Positions 1 through 10,132 of a DNA stretch of 48,927 bases are shown here, piece by piece. The DNA comes from a virus. Lineage: Duplodnaviria; Caudoviricetes. The DNA lies in the IMG/VR virus record IMGVR_UViG_3300035211_000002, positions 1 to 48,927 of that record; one strand, given 5' to 3'. Every line of letters begins with the position of its first letter. Within the stretch, counting starts at the first letter, position 1. Under the pieces are notes generated by a model. It searched no databases. It was given only the letters and a program-made list of their open reading frames with translations, and had not been told where the DNA came from. The position numbers and the translations under genes were made by a program.

Positions 1-127
1 GGATCGTGGTGATGGTACAGGTGAGTTCCTGTGGCCTCGTCAGCAACGTTCAGACGGTCAGTGGTTTGGTTTTAATACTCAAATTCTCATGACTAAGAAA
101 GCCCAGTATCTGGACAAGACACAGTTC
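1..127 (+). repeat. 127-bp terminal overlap (copy 1), assembly circularity
   Basis: Identical to 48801-48927 and lies inside the terL reading frame. Confidence 0.97.
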
Positions 128-814
128 TACGCTCAGTACTATAATGATCCTAATGATAGAACCAATGCTCCTATTACTCCTGATAAGTTTCAGTACTTTG
201 ATAAGAAGCATCTTAAGGAACAAGGTGGTAATTGGTTCTTCAAAGACAAGAAACTTAATGTGTACGCTGGTATAGACTTTGCGTACTCTCTTACCCGCAA
301 GGCTGATTACACTGCTCTAGTAGTTATTGGTGTTGATCCTGATAATAATATATATGTTTTAGATATCGCTAGATTCAAACAGGATAGAGTTCAGGGTTAC
401 TATGATGAGATACTCAGACTCTATCTTAAATGGAGCTTTAAGAAACTACGTGCAGAAGTAACGGCTGCGCAGAAAGTTATTGTTAGGGAACTTAAAGAAA
501 AAGTCAAACAGGATGGGTATCCTATTAAAATTGAAGAGTACACCCCAACTCGAAATGAAGGAACCAAGGAAGAGAGAATCAATCTTACCCTTCAACCCAG
601 ATATGACAACCTTCAAGTTTGGCACTACAGAGATGGTAATTGTCAGGTCTTAGAGGAAGAACTCGTTCTTAACTTTCCACCTCATGATGACGTGAAGGAT
701 GCGCTAGCTTCAGTAGTTAGTATTGCTAATCCACCTAGACAGAGACACTTTGAAACACCATTCTCTACTAGCACTCAGAACCTATTTCACTCCCGTTTCG
801 GAGGCATACATTAA
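1..814 (+). CDS. terL: Terminase large subunit, C-terminal (nuclease) part; full gene is 48073-48800 joined to 1-814 (513 aa)
   Basis: RNase H-like motifs AGIDFA, ADYTALVVIG, HDDVKDA; frame is continuous across the join. Confidence 0.93.
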   Translation, partial: DRGDGTGEFLWPRQQRSDGQWFGFNTQILMTKKAQYLDKTQFYAQYYNDPNDRTNAPITPDKFQYFDKKHLKEQGGNWFFKDKKLNVYAGIDFAYSLTRKADYTALVVIGVDPDNNIYVLDIARFKQDRVQGYYDEILRLYLKWSFKKLRAEVTAAQKVIVRELKEKVKQDGYPIKIEEYTPTRNEGTKEERINLTLQPRYDNLQVWHYRDGNCQVLEEELVLNFPPHDDVKDALASVVSIANPPRQRHFETPFSTSTQNLFHSRFGGIH

Positions 815-2583
815 TGGCTGGTACAGTCGCAGAACTTAAGAATCTTATTGAGCCTCATTCATTTGCTAGGGCTCTAGTAGAAAAATACGATACGTGGAAT
901 CAGCAGAGACAATCGTGGATTAGTGAACAGACTGAGCTACGTAATTATCTTTTTGCAACTGACACCACTACGACTAGTAACTCTACACTTCCTTGGAAGA
1001 ACTCTACTACTCTTCCAAAGCTCACACAGATTCATGATAATCTAATCGCTAACTATATCTCTGCTCTCTTCCCTAATTCAGAATGGTTGAAGTGGGAAGC
1101 CTTTGATGCTGGTGCAGCAGACAAAGAGAAACGTATTGCAATTCAAGCGTACATGGAAAACAAGCTTAGAGAAAGTGGTTTCCGTGAAACTATTCTCAGT
1201 CTTGTAGAAGACTATGTAATCTATGGTAATGCTTTCTTTGATGTTATCTGGGTTAATGACGTAGTAACAGATGCAGAGACTGGTGAACAGACTACTAAGT
1301 ATGTTGGCCCTAAGCTCGTACGCAGGTCTGTGTATGACGTAGTATTTAATCCAGTAGCTAATGACTTTGCGTCTTCTCCCAAGATTACTCGTAAGCTTCT
1401 AACTATCGGTGAGCTTATAGCTATGGTAGATAAGAATCCAGAGGATGCTACTTGGGCTAGAGATGCTATTGCAAAGATCGGTGCTATACGTGAAGCTAGT
1501 AGAGGATACAAACCGTATCAGTTTGATAAAGCTATTGGCTTTCAGATGGATGGCTTCGGTAGTCTGTACGAATATTACCAGTCTGGTCTTGTAGAAATTC
1601 TTGAGTTTCGTGGTGACTTCCATGACATGGATACAGGAGAATACCACAAGAACTCAGTAATTACTGTAGCTGATAGGACTCATGTTGTACGTAATAAGAA
1701 GAATCCTAGCTGGTTTGGTAATGGCTACATGGATCATGCTGGCTGGCGTCATCGTCCTGATAGCTTGTATGCTCAAGGCCCACTGAACAATCTTGTTGGT
1801 ATGCAGTACAGGATTGATCATCTTGAGAATCTAAAGGCCGATGTGTTCGATCTTATTGCCTTCCCGCCTCTTAAGATTATTGGTGAAGTAGAAGACTTTG
1901 AGTGGAAGCCTATGTCTAAGATTCCCATTGATGAAGGTGGTGACGTTCAGATGCTTGCTCCTGATACTACTGCACTCAATGCTGATCTACAGATTGCCAG
2001 ACTAGAGCAATTAATGGAAGAGTTTGCTGGCTCTCCTCGTGAAACTATGGGCTTCCGTACCCCCGGTGAGAAAACTGCATTTGAAGTGCAGACCCTTATT
2101 ACTGCCGCCTCTCGTATTTTCCAAGAAAAGATTACACAGTTCGAAGTTGTTATGGAGCGTGTGCTTAATAGCATGCTAGAGATGGCTCGTAGAAATATGG
2201 ATGGCAGTGATGTTGTCCGTATTCTTGATCCGGATATTGGTGTTGAACAGTTCCTGACTATTACGAAGGAAGATATCATTGCCAAGGGTAAGCTTCGTGC
2301 TAGAGGTGCTAGACACTTTGCTGCTCAGGCGCAGCTTGTGCAGAATCTGACACAGCTTTCTGGTACGCCTATTTGGGAACAGATTAAGCCTCATATGTCT
2401 AGTAAAGCTCTTGCTAAAGTTGTTGAAGACGCTCTTAATCTAGACCAGTATAATCTCATTCGTGATAATGTCGGTGTAATTGAACAAGGTGATACTGCAC
2501 GTATTGCTCAGAAAGTACAGCAAGACGTAGAAGTAGAATCACAGATAGATGAGGATGTGCCTAATGGCCCAGCGGTTCAGTAA
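814..2583 (+). CDS. Portal protein
   Basis: 589 aa directly after terL (TAATG overlap); WKNSTTLPKLTQIHDNL and GFRTPGEKTAFEVQ resemble portals of this phage group. Confidence 0.88.
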   Translation: MAGTVAELKNLIEPHSFARALVEKYDTWNQQRQSWISEQTELRNYLFATDTTTTSNSTLPWKNSTTLPKLTQIHDNLIANYISALFPNSEWLKWEAFDAGAADKEKRIAIQAYMENKLRESGFRETILSLVEDYVIYGNAFFDVIWVNDVVTDAETGEQTTKYVGPKLVRRSVYDVVFNPVANDFASSPKITRKLLTIGELIAMVDKNPEDATWARDAIAKIGAIREASRGYKPYQFDKAIGFQMDGFGSLYEYYQSGLVEILEFRGDFHDMDTGEYHKNSVITVADRTHVVRNKKNPSWFGNGYMDHAGWRHRPDSLYAQGPLNNLVGMQYRIDHLENLKADVFDLIAFPPLKIIGEVEDFEWKPMSKIPIDEGGDVQMLAPDTTALNADLQIARLEQLMEEFAGSPRETMGFRTPGEKTAFEVQTLITAASRIFQEKITQFEVVMERVLNSMLEMARRNMDGSDVVRILDPDIGVEQFLTITKEDIIAKGKLRARGARHFAAQAQLVQNLTQLSGTPIWEQIKPHMSSKALAKVVEDALNLDQYNLIRDNVGVIEQGDTARIAQKVQQDVEVESQIDEDVPNGPAVQ

Positions 2584-2836
2584 CTACTGGAAGTTTGATT
2601 CAGAACAGACTAAGCAAGATGTTATTGCTACTATTCAAAGCAGTAAACTGTTTCTGAAGCACTATAAGGCTTATCTTGAACGCAGAGTATACGAACTAGA
2701 TAAACAAATAACTGAACGATCTCTGTTTGAAACTATTAATTGGACGGATAAACTAGCGGCAATCGTTGGTGAAATGCGCGGTTTAAAGAAAGAAATTGAA
2801 TTAATTGATGGATTTTTGCAAAATACTTACGATTAG
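2564..2836 (+). CDS. Small hypothetical protein between portal and scaffold
   Basis: ATG at 2564 preceded by GAGGA; helical 90-aa ORF in a usual position. Confidence 0.65.
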   Translation: MAQRFSNYWKFDSEQTKQDVIATIQSSKLFLKHYKAYLERRVYELDKQITERSLFETINWTDKLAAIVGEMRGLKKEIELIDGFLQNTYD

Positions 2837-2839
2837 GTA

Positions 2840-2879
2840 TTGACTTTTGTAATTTTATATGGTATAATATACTATAAGC
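2840..2879 (+). promoter_or_regulatory. Sigma70-type promoter for scaffold/capsid genes
   Basis: TTGACT-17bp-TATAAT with extended TG; 36/40 identical to 46631-46670. Confidence 0.9.
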
Positions 2880-2901
2880 AATGTAAAGGAAACTTGACAT
2901 A

Positions 2902-3669
2902 ATGTCTGACCAAGACGGAACTATCTTCGATAATGAAGAACCTAATACTCCTCCTGTAGAGGAACCCAAGGCTGACCAGCCTAACGACGATCCTAGCGAA
3001 CCTGATCCTGTAGCTACCCTGCTATCCGAGATCAAACGTGAGGATGGAACTCAGAAATATACTTCTGTGGAAGACGCACTTAAATCCGTGAAGCCTTCTC
3101 AAGAGTTCATCGAAACGTTGAAGTCTGAGAATGCAGAGCTTAAGAATAAACTTGAACTCTATAAAGAAAAAGCGGAGAGAAGTATCACCATGGAAGAAAT
3201 TCTGAATACACTGTCTGACAAGGAAAACGAAAGTAATAAGCCTAACGAGCAACCCTCCGACAAGCTTGACTTGCAGACGCTCAAGACTCTGTTCAAACAA
3301 TTCTCTGAAGAGGAGCGTACGACAGAGCAGCAGACTCACAACCTTAAATCTGTAGATGAAGCTATCATGGCTAAGTTTAAGAATAAAGAAAAGGCTGCTG
3401 AGTTTCTAACTAACAAGGCCAAAGAGATCGGTGTTAGTACACAGTATTTGAAGGACATCTCTAGTCATTCACCTAAAGCTGCGATTAAACTTCTTGGTCT
3501 TGAAGATGTAAAGGAACCTGTGGGTACCGAAGACGTTCCATCTAGTATGAGTACTGAACGTTTCCGTCATCCTCGTAATCCTAAAAGTGAACCACGTTCT
3601 CCCTTTAATGGTGGTAATGCACTTGATGCATGGCGCAAGGCAGGGGAAAGCGTACGTAATCAACAGTAA
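2902..3669 (+). CDS. Capsid scaffolding protein
   Basis: Acidic Pro-rich N-terminus, coiled coil, immediately before the capsid gene. Confidence 0.8.
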   Translation: MSDQDGTIFDNEEPNTPPVEEPKADQPNDDPSEPDPVATLLSEIKREDGTQKYTSVEDALKSVKPSQEFIETLKSENAELKNKLELYKEKAERSITMEEILNTLSDKENESNKPNEQPSDKLDLQTLKTLFKQFSEEERTTEQQTHNLKSVDEAIMAKFKNKEKAAEFLTNKAKEIGVSTQYLKDISSHSPKAAIKLLGLEDVKEPVGTEDVPSSMSTERFRHPRNPKSEPRSPFNGGNALDAWRKAGESVRNQQ

Positions 3670-3688
3670 ATTATAACGGAGGGTTATA

Positions 3689-4660
3689 ATGGCTGGTCAA
3701 AATACTGGTAATACTACGGCATTTATTGAAGCCCAACAGTATTCTCAATTTATTCTAGAGAATCTGCACGACGGTCTTCTGCCGGACTCTTTCCTGCGAG
3801 ACGTATCTGACTTTGGTAATGGTACGACTCTTAATATTAAAACCATCGGTACTGCCACGCTTCAGGACGTGACGGAAGATACGCCGCTGGTATACAATGC
3901 CATCGACACTGGTACGGTTACTCTGTCCATTACTGACTATGTTGGTGATGCTTGGTACGTAACTGATGTGCTGCGTCAGGATGGTAATCAGATTGAGGCG
4001 CTTCAGGCGGCTCGTGCTATGGAAGCTACTCGTGCTATTCAGGAAAACTTTGAAACTCGTTTCCTGTCTGTACTGAATGCTGCTCAGACTGCAACAAATG
4101 TTAATGCAGTTAATGGCTTCTCCCATCGTATGTCTGGCTCTGGTACTAATGATACTCTTGAGCTTGCTGACCTTAACTATATGAAGTTGGCATTTGACAA
4201 AGCTAACGTTCCTATGAATGGTCGTGTTGGTATTGTTGACCCGGTTGTAGGTGCGTCACTTAATGCTAAGTTCAATACTGGCTATGACGTAAATCGTCAG
4301 CCGGTGTATCAGCAGATGCTTGAGAACGGCTTTGATCGTGAGCATCAGTTCGTTATGAACATCTATGGCTGGGATATCTGGACTAGTAATCGTCTTCCCA
4401 CTATTGCTTCGGAAGCTATTGTTACTTATGATGGTACTGCTAACACGGTTACGACTGGTGTAGCTAATATCTTCATGAGTGTAATGGATGACAACACTAA
4501 GCCGGGTATGGTAGCGTGGCGTCAGCCTCCGAAGGTAGAAACTGAACGTAATAAGGACTTCCAGCGTGACGAGTTCCTTACCACTGCCCGTTGGGGTCTT
4601 GGTGTTCAGCGTGAAGATACTCTTGGTGTCATCGTCACCGACGCTACGGCAATTGAATAA
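3689..4660 (+). CDS. Major capsid protein
   Basis: 323 aa, strong RBS GGAGG; NTTAFIEAQQYS...LHDGLLP...G.TLNIKTIG and C-terminal ARWGLGVQR typical of HK97-fold capsids in this group. Confidence 0.92.
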   Translation: MAGQNTGNTTAFIEAQQYSQFILENLHDGLLPDSFLRDVSDFGNGTTLNIKTIGTATLQDVTEDTPLVYNAIDTGTVTLSITDYVGDAWYVTDVLRQDGNQIEALQAARAMEATRAIQENFETRFLSVLNAAQTATNVNAVNGFSHRMSGSGTNDTLELADLNYMKLAFDKANVPMNGRVGIVDPVVGASLNAKFNTGYDVNRQPVYQQMLENGFDREHQFVMNIYGWDIWTSNRLPTIASEAIVTYDGTANTVTTGVANIFMSVMDDNTKPGMVAWRQPPKVETERNKDFQRDEFLTTARWGLGVQREDTLGVIVTDATAIE

Positions 4661-4672
4661 TAGGAGGACATA

Positions 4673-5161
4673 ATGGGTTTTGAAGTTGTTCCCGGTTGGA
4701 CTACTTACAATCAGTATGGTCCGCGTACGTCTAATGAAGACAGCGTAGGTGTCTATAAGAATGATGGTCTTGTACAGGAGCTGGTTATCCCGTTTGATGC
4801 CACCTCCCTTCAGGACTACTTCGATGACGGTACGTCTCGTGCGCTAGCCATTACTAAAATTCCTGCTGGCTCTACGATTGTAGAAGTCATTCTTCGAGTA
4901 GACACTGCTATCACTACGTCTGCTGTGGATAAGGACTTGTACGTTGGTACGGCTGGTTCGGAAAGCACTAATGGTGCTACGTTTGCAGATACTGATATTG
5001 ATGATGCTGGTACATATAAGGTACTTGCTGCTTCTCTTAATGGTACGTGGGCTGCGGAGCTTGCTGCTGACACGCTTGTCGGCTTTGATTTCGAAGCGAC
5101 TGTCACGGCCATTTCTACTGGTGAAGGTGCAGTCATCATTCGGTATATGAAGTCTAACTAA
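4673..5161 (+). CDS. Capsid decoration/minor head protein
   Basis: AGGAGG RBS; beta-rich, IPAGSTIVEV motif; co-transcribed with capsid gene before a terminator. Confidence 0.6.
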   Translation: MGFEVVPGWTTYNQYGPRTSNEDSVGVYKNDGLVQELVIPFDATSLQDYFDDGTSRALAITKIPAGSTIVEVILRVDTAITTSAVDKDLYVGTAGSESTNGATFADTDIDDAGTYKVLAASLNGTWAAELAADTLVGFDFEATVTAISTGEGAVIIRYMKSN

Positions 5162-5205
5162 TGACATGGCTAGTGCCTCTGCCTAGTACGCATTAGCCTT
5201 CTATT

Positions 5206-5235
5206 GGGGTGGGGTTTAATCGCCCCACCTCTTTT
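5206..5235 (+). terminator. Rho-independent terminator after the head genes
   Basis: GGGGTGGGG/CCCCACCTC stem followed by TTTT; a second 9-bp hairpin lies at 5168-5198. Confidence 0.8.
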
Positions 5236-5250
5236 AATATGGAGATTTAA

Positions 5251-5736
5251 ATGACTTCTATTGCACGACAACATACTGCGCCACTTGAATATATACATGA
5301 TAAAATTCATAAAGGTGATTTATTTAGTATTTCTGTTTTTGCAGATGCAGTAGCAGACAACGCGGATACTGAGGTAACTCTTGTAGTTGCTTCTGGCTAT
5401 ACTGTTCATGCTAGGGCTTCATTCTGTGTGGGTGCTGGTGGCGAAGTAACTATAAATGAAGGCAGTACTGCTGCTAGTGGCTCTGCGTATACTCCTGTAA
5501 ATCGCAATCGTAAATCTACTAAGACTTCTGCTGCTGCCACAGTACGTACTGGAGATACTGTAAGCGTGGCTGGTACTGCGCTTGAAAACTACGCAGTATC
5601 TTATTCTAATGCTTTCTCAGAATCTTATCGTGAACTTGTTCTTGATCCTGGTACATATACGTTTATTCTAACTAATCGTTCTGGTTCTGCACAAATTCAA
5701 AGTATCAGTATTGACTTCTACGAGATTGCTAAGTAA
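5251..5736 (+). CDS. Hypothetical virion protein
   Basis: GGAG RBS, 161 aa, beta-rich, inside the structural module. Confidence 0.6.
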   Translation: MTSIARQHTAPLEYIHDKIHKGDLFSISVFADAVADNADTEVTLVVASGYTVHARASFCVGAGGEVTINEGSTAASGSAYTPVNRNRKSTKTSAAATVRTGDTVSVAGTALENYAVSYSNAFSESYRELVLDPGTYTFILTNRSGSAQIQSISIDFYEIAK

Positions 5737-6611
5737 TGGCTAAACTTACGCAGCTACAGCTAGTACAGAGTATTCTGTCTGATCTTGATAGTGACGAGGT
5801 AACTTCTGTCTCGGATACTGTTGAGTCTTTGCAGGTTGCGGACATTCTTGAAAAAGTTTATTACCAGATGATTTCTACTCGTGAGTGGCCTCATCTTGAG
5901 ATGCTCACTAGATTTGATATGGCAGCAGAAGATGCAATCAATACAAGAGATGATAGTCGTCCTAACTATCTTCGTATTCCTTGGGGCTCTAATTCCCTGC
6001 CACTCATTCAGGAAGTTCGTAACGTCTACTATAACACTAGGACTTCATCTGATACAAAAGATAAGTATACAGAACTTACGTATATTACACCTGAACAGTT
6101 TCTTTACAAGGTTAATCAGAATAATTCAGCAGCGTCTAATGTAGAACAGGTAACAGACAAGACTCTTACGGATGAAACTCCTACGTTTCTAACTGGACCT
6201 AGTTACTATATTCGTACTGATAAGGCTCCACAATTCTGGACATCTTTTGATGATGTGTATGTGGCCTTTGATAGCTACGATAGCGCTGTAGATACAGATG
6301 GTCTAGTACCTACTAAGTCACAACTACTTGGTCTGCGAGAACCCGTATATTCTAAGACTACAGATACTTACGTCCCTGATCTACCATCTAAAGCTTTCTC
6401 TGAATTTTTAGCTCAGGCTAAGAGTACTGCATTTACAGTTCTTAAACAATCTGCTAATCCTAAGATTGAGCAGCAGGCTAGGGCTACTAAGACTTGGAAT
6501 GCTACACACGCTCGTCAAGTAGAAAAGGGTATAGAAACTAACAACTATGGAAGACGAGGCAAGAATAGCTATGGCAGTTACCACAGAAACCCACACTTCG
6601 ACAAAACCTAA
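5736..6611 (+). CDS. Head-tail adaptor (tail tubular protein A-like)
   Basis: N-terminal LQLVQSILSDLDSDEV..V.DTVESLQVA and P.FWTSFDD motifs; position. Confidence 0.8.
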   Translation: MAKLTQLQLVQSILSDLDSDEVTSVSDTVESLQVADILEKVYYQMISTREWPHLEMLTRFDMAAEDAINTRDDSRPNYLRIPWGSNSLPLIQEVRNVYYNTRTSSDTKDKYTELTYITPEQFLYKVNQNNSAASNVEQVTDKTLTDETPTFLTGPSYYIRTDKAPQFWTSFDDVYVAFDSYDSAVDTDGLVPTKSQLLGLREPVYSKTTDTYVPDLPSKAFSEFLAQAKSTAFTVLKQSANPKIEQQARATKTWNATHARQVEKGIETNNYGRRGKNSYGSYHRNPHFDKT

Positions 6612-6807
6612 TCTCTTTCCAGTACTACATCCACGTGGTCTATGGGTGATTCAGAATACTAGTGGTCCAATTCCTAATGAGCTAAAAAGTAAATATCAAA
6701 CAGAAGTACTAGCACAAAGAGCTATCGAAGATTACGTACTAGATAAAAATAATAAGCGTCCTTATCATAAATCTAGAAAGCCAAAAGTAAAAGATGCCTC
6801 AGCTTAA
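6547..6807 (+). CDS. Small hypothetical protein (start may be the second Met, MAVTT)
   Basis: Fills the gap between adaptor and nozzle genes with overlaps at both ends. Confidence 0.55.
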   Translation: MEDEARIAMAVTTETHTSTKPNLFPVLHPRGLWVIQNTSGPIPNELKSKYQTEVLAQRAIEDYVLDKNNKRPYHKSRKPKVKDASA

Positions 6808-9800
6808 AGAACATTTTGAATATAATGCGTTTGGTAAGGGCATCAATACTGAGGCTTCCCTTATTAACTTTCCTGCTGACTATAGCAGAGACGAAGAGAA
6901 TTACGAACTAGATAAGAACAACACCCGTAGTAGGCGTCTTGGTATGGATTATGAAGATTCATTCACTGCGCAGACTACGGGTATTTATTTGCAATCTGAT
7001 ACAACTAAGATGCTGGATTACGCAGTCACCACGCATTTCTGGAAGGCCAGTGACAATAGTTTCTATCTGTACGTAATTCAGATTGGTACTGTACTCTATT
7101 TCTTTGATTGGTCTATCGATGGTGCTCTGTCAGATAACTATGTTACGTCTTTTACTATATCTGGCGCAAACGCAGACCAAGAAGCACAAGCAGATGTATG
7201 GCGCAACAATCTCCTAGTAGCTTCTGGTGAAGGACTTGTACGTATTCTTTCGTATAGCCCATTGACACAAACTGTTACTGGTACTACCACTACGCTTAAT
7301 GTTAGAGATATCTGGGGTGTGGATGATGGACTAGCTACTGGTAATAATCCTGCTTCTCTCAGCGATAAACATAATTATAATCTACAAAATCAGGGTTGGT
7401 CTTCTACTAATATCACTAGCTATAATAGTGCACAGTCCGCGTACCCCTCAAATGCAGAGCAGGCTTTCTGGGGCAAGACAAGAGATAGTGCATTTGATAG
7501 TAATGAAATCATACGTCAGTACTTCGGAGATACTCCTGCACCAAAGGGCTCCATTATTATAGATTTCTTTGATCGTGGTAACAGTCGTGCTACGGCTACA
7601 TCTATTAGTGTTAGTAGCCTAGGTTATGATATTTCTTACGGTGGCCCTACCGATGTTGTAGTACACGCAGGTCGTGCTTTCTACTGTGGTGGCAGTGTGC
7701 TGACTACTGATGGTGATGATGACTCTCCGTCCGCATCTAATACTATTCTCTTCTCTCGTTTGATTGAGGGAGCTAATGATATTGGTAAATGCTATCAAGA
7801 AGCTGATCCTACTTCAGAACACATCTCTGATCTTATTCAGACAGACGGTGGTAGTATTACTATTGCTGATGCTAAAGAAATTAAAAAGCTTCTGAGATTT
7901 AATAATACTCTACTTGTGTTTGCTACTAATGGTGTATGGCAGGTTAAAAACCCTAATGGTGGCGTTGGCTTTCGTGCTGATGAATATCAAGTAATTAAGA
8001 TTTACAATGCTCCCGGCATAGTAGCCACTAATTCTTTAGTAGTAACAGAGACTGATATCTTTTACTGGGCTAGTGATGCTATCTATCATATTTCACAAGA
8101 TGATTATGGTAATTTTATTGCTCAGGATATGAGCAGCGATCTTATTCGTAATATCTATACACCTATAGATGATGATGTAAAACAATACGCTAAGGGGCAC
8201 TACGATATTTATAATCGTAAGATTACTTGGCTCTATTCTCTAGACACAGACTTTGATGGGTATTCGTACACAGATGAATTGGTATTCAATCTTTATAACA
8301 AGGGTTTCACTAAGCGAGCCATTAAGTCTCTTTCTAGTAATTCTCCTTTTGTCAGTGGTTACGTAGATCATCGTACTGATGTGTCTTCTGTTATCACTGG
8401 TGAAGAACCTACTGTTAAATACGTAGCCTTTAAACCTAATGTTATTACTAGTACAGGTGTCACTAATACTATTACAGCATACACTGAGACTAGCGGTGGA
8501 ACCCAAACTGTAGGTGCATACCGTGGTTATGATTTTGATGTAGACTGGGATAATAATAGAGCCTACACTATGACGGGTGATCCTGTAACTTCAGATGATC
8601 AAGCTCTAAAAGTATGGGATATTACTAATCAAACGCAGACTACTTCTGTGACTAGACCTGACCCTGATATGGATGATGTATTAGGCGACCCTACTGCTGA
8701 TCGTAGTATGGAACCTTTATGTTTAATAGGTGATACTCAGTATATGTTTTGGGCGTGGTCTGGTTCTAATGGGGGCCCATTGTTTGCGCAAGACGTAACT
8801 GTTACAGCAGGTACTACTTGGTATAACTTTGGCTCCTTACAGGAATCAAACTCAATTTCAAATACAACTAATAAATTTGCGCAGGTTATCCAAGCACGAT
8901 CTGCTAAGATATGGCACAGTACGCAGAAGCGCTGGATTTATTTTATTATGACTTGGAAGTATGATTCTAAGAATATTGGACTTTTGGAGTTTAACACAGA
9001 CTTTACTGGTGGTAAGACTGCTGGTCTATCTTATGTATACGGTGCCGACGATACTAATTATTTAGACACTACTGGTGCTAATATTAAACTTCTGCAAGTA
9101 GGCAATCGTGGCACAGATACTGATGGCATGGGATACGTAGATTTCTGGACTGTAAATGAAGACGATGAGGTTTGGCGTATACGTGTGCGTGCAGATGCTT
9201 ACTATGATGGTGATGCTGCTACTACGTATGGTGTAACTTATAGTCAAATAACTCTCGGTACTGGTACGTACAGAGCCTGCATACGCGATGAATACGATGA
9301 TACTCTTATCTGGATTGTAGATGATACAACGGATCGTGTAGAAAAGAGAGATAGTGCCGGTACACTTAGTTGGTCTACTAATCTTGCTGGTGTAGGTGGA
9401 CAATACGGCGCGTCTGATTATGGTATCTATACTGTAAACTACAGTAAGGCTGCAAATGGCCTAATCAATATAATTAATGGCTCTGATCTAGTAACTATTG
9501 ATACTACAGATGGCTCTATTGATGATACTAATTCTAGTCTAGTAACTGTCTCTAACGATAACTGGGTCACTAATACTCTCACTGGTCAGGTTCTCTATCT
9601 ACAGAGTAGTGTTATGAAAGAAGTGGCTGTAGATAAAGGTACTGTATACGAGGTTCAGCTAACCTTCTCTTCTTATAATAATACGAGCTTTCTTGATTGG
9701 TATACTCAGGATAGTACTGGTGTAGATGCTGCCGCATACATTAAAACTGGACCATTTAACTTTGAGGATAATACTAGAGACAAAAGTATTCTGTATCTAT

Positions 9801-10132
9801 TTGTTCAATTTGAAAGAGCGGAAACAGGACAGTCTGGTGGTTCTCTAACTAATCCAGGAGGCTGTACAGTGCAGGCTTTCTGGGGACACCATGATAACAG
9901 TAGCTCTAAGAAAGTTACTACTGCGCAGTCTTGCTATCGTGTTGCTCATTATATTTATCCTGATAGTACATACAGTGATACTAACTTTGTTAAGATACCA
10001 GAGGTCGTGATTACAAAGAATAAACTTAGAGGTGCTGGTAAAAGCGTAGCATTGAAGTTTGCTACACAGTCGGCTAAGGATTGTAAACTTATGGGCTGGA
10101 CTATACCAGTCATGATGGACAAGGATGAATAA
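6794..10132 (+). CDS. Tail nozzle / tail tubular protein B-like, with a probable ~400-aa insertion
   Basis: FGKGINTEAS..FP....DEEN...RRLG, CYQEADPTSE.ISDL..TDGG, VITKNKLRG.G motifs. Confidence 0.82.
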   Translation: MPQLKEHFEYNAFGKGINTEASLINFPADYSRDEENYELDKNNTRSRRLGMDYEDSFTAQTTGIYLQSDTTKMLDYAVTTHFWKASDNSFYLYVIQIGTVLYFFDWSIDGALSDNYVTSFTISGANADQEAQADVWRNNLLVASGEGLVRILSYSPLTQTVTGTTTTLNVRDIWGVDDGLATGNNPASLSDKHNYNLQNQGWSSTNITSYNSAQSAYPSNAEQAFWGKTRDSAFDSNEIIRQYFGDTPAPKGSIIIDFFDRGNSRATATSISVSSLGYDISYGGPTDVVVHAGRAFYCGGSVLTTDGDDDSPSASNTILFSRLIEGANDIGKCYQEADPTSEHISDLIQTDGGSITIADAKEIKKLLRFNNTLLVFATNGVWQVKNPNGGVGFRADEYQVIKIYNAPGIVATNSLVVTETDIFYWASDAIYHISQDDYGNFIAQDMSSDLIRNIYTPIDDDVKQYAKGHYDIYNRKITWLYSLDTDFDGYSYTDELVFNLYNKGFTKRAIKSLSSNSPFVSGYVDHRTDVSSVITGEEPTVKYVAFKPNVITSTGVTNTITAYTETSGGTQTVGAYRGYDFDVDWDNNRAYTMTGDPVTSDDQALKVWDITNQTQTTSVTRPDPDMDDVLGDPTADRSMEPLCLIGDTQYMFWAWSGSNGGPLFAQDVTVTAGTTWYNFGSLQESNSISNTTNKFAQVIQARSAKIWHSTQKRWIYFIMTWKYDSKNIGLLEFNTDFTGGKTAGLSYVYGADDTNYLDTTGANIKLLQVGNRGTDTDGMGYVDFWTVNEDDEVWRIRVRADAYYDGDAATTYGVTYSQITLGTGTYRACIRDEYDDTLIWIVDDTTDRVEKRDSAGTLSWSTNLAGVGGQYGASDYGIYTVNYSKAANGLINIINGSDLVTIDTTDGSIDDTNSSLVTVSNDNWVTNTLTGQVLYLQSSVMKEVAVDKGTVYEVQLTFSSYNNTSFLDWYTQDSTGVDAAAYIKTGPFNFEDNTRDKSILYLFVQFERAETGQSGGSLTNPGGCTVQAFWGHHDNSSSKKVTTAQSCYRVAHYIYPDSTYSDTNFVKIPEVVITKNKLRGAGKSVALKFATQSAKDCKLMGWTIPVMMDKDE

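Noticed and set aside
1-127. End repeat as a biological direct terminal repeat
   Set aside because: Exactly 127 bp (a common assembler k-mer) and inside terL; real ends are more likely near 45950-46140
89-814. Standalone 241-aa gene or split terminase
   Set aside because: It is the in-frame C-terminal half of terL starting at 48073
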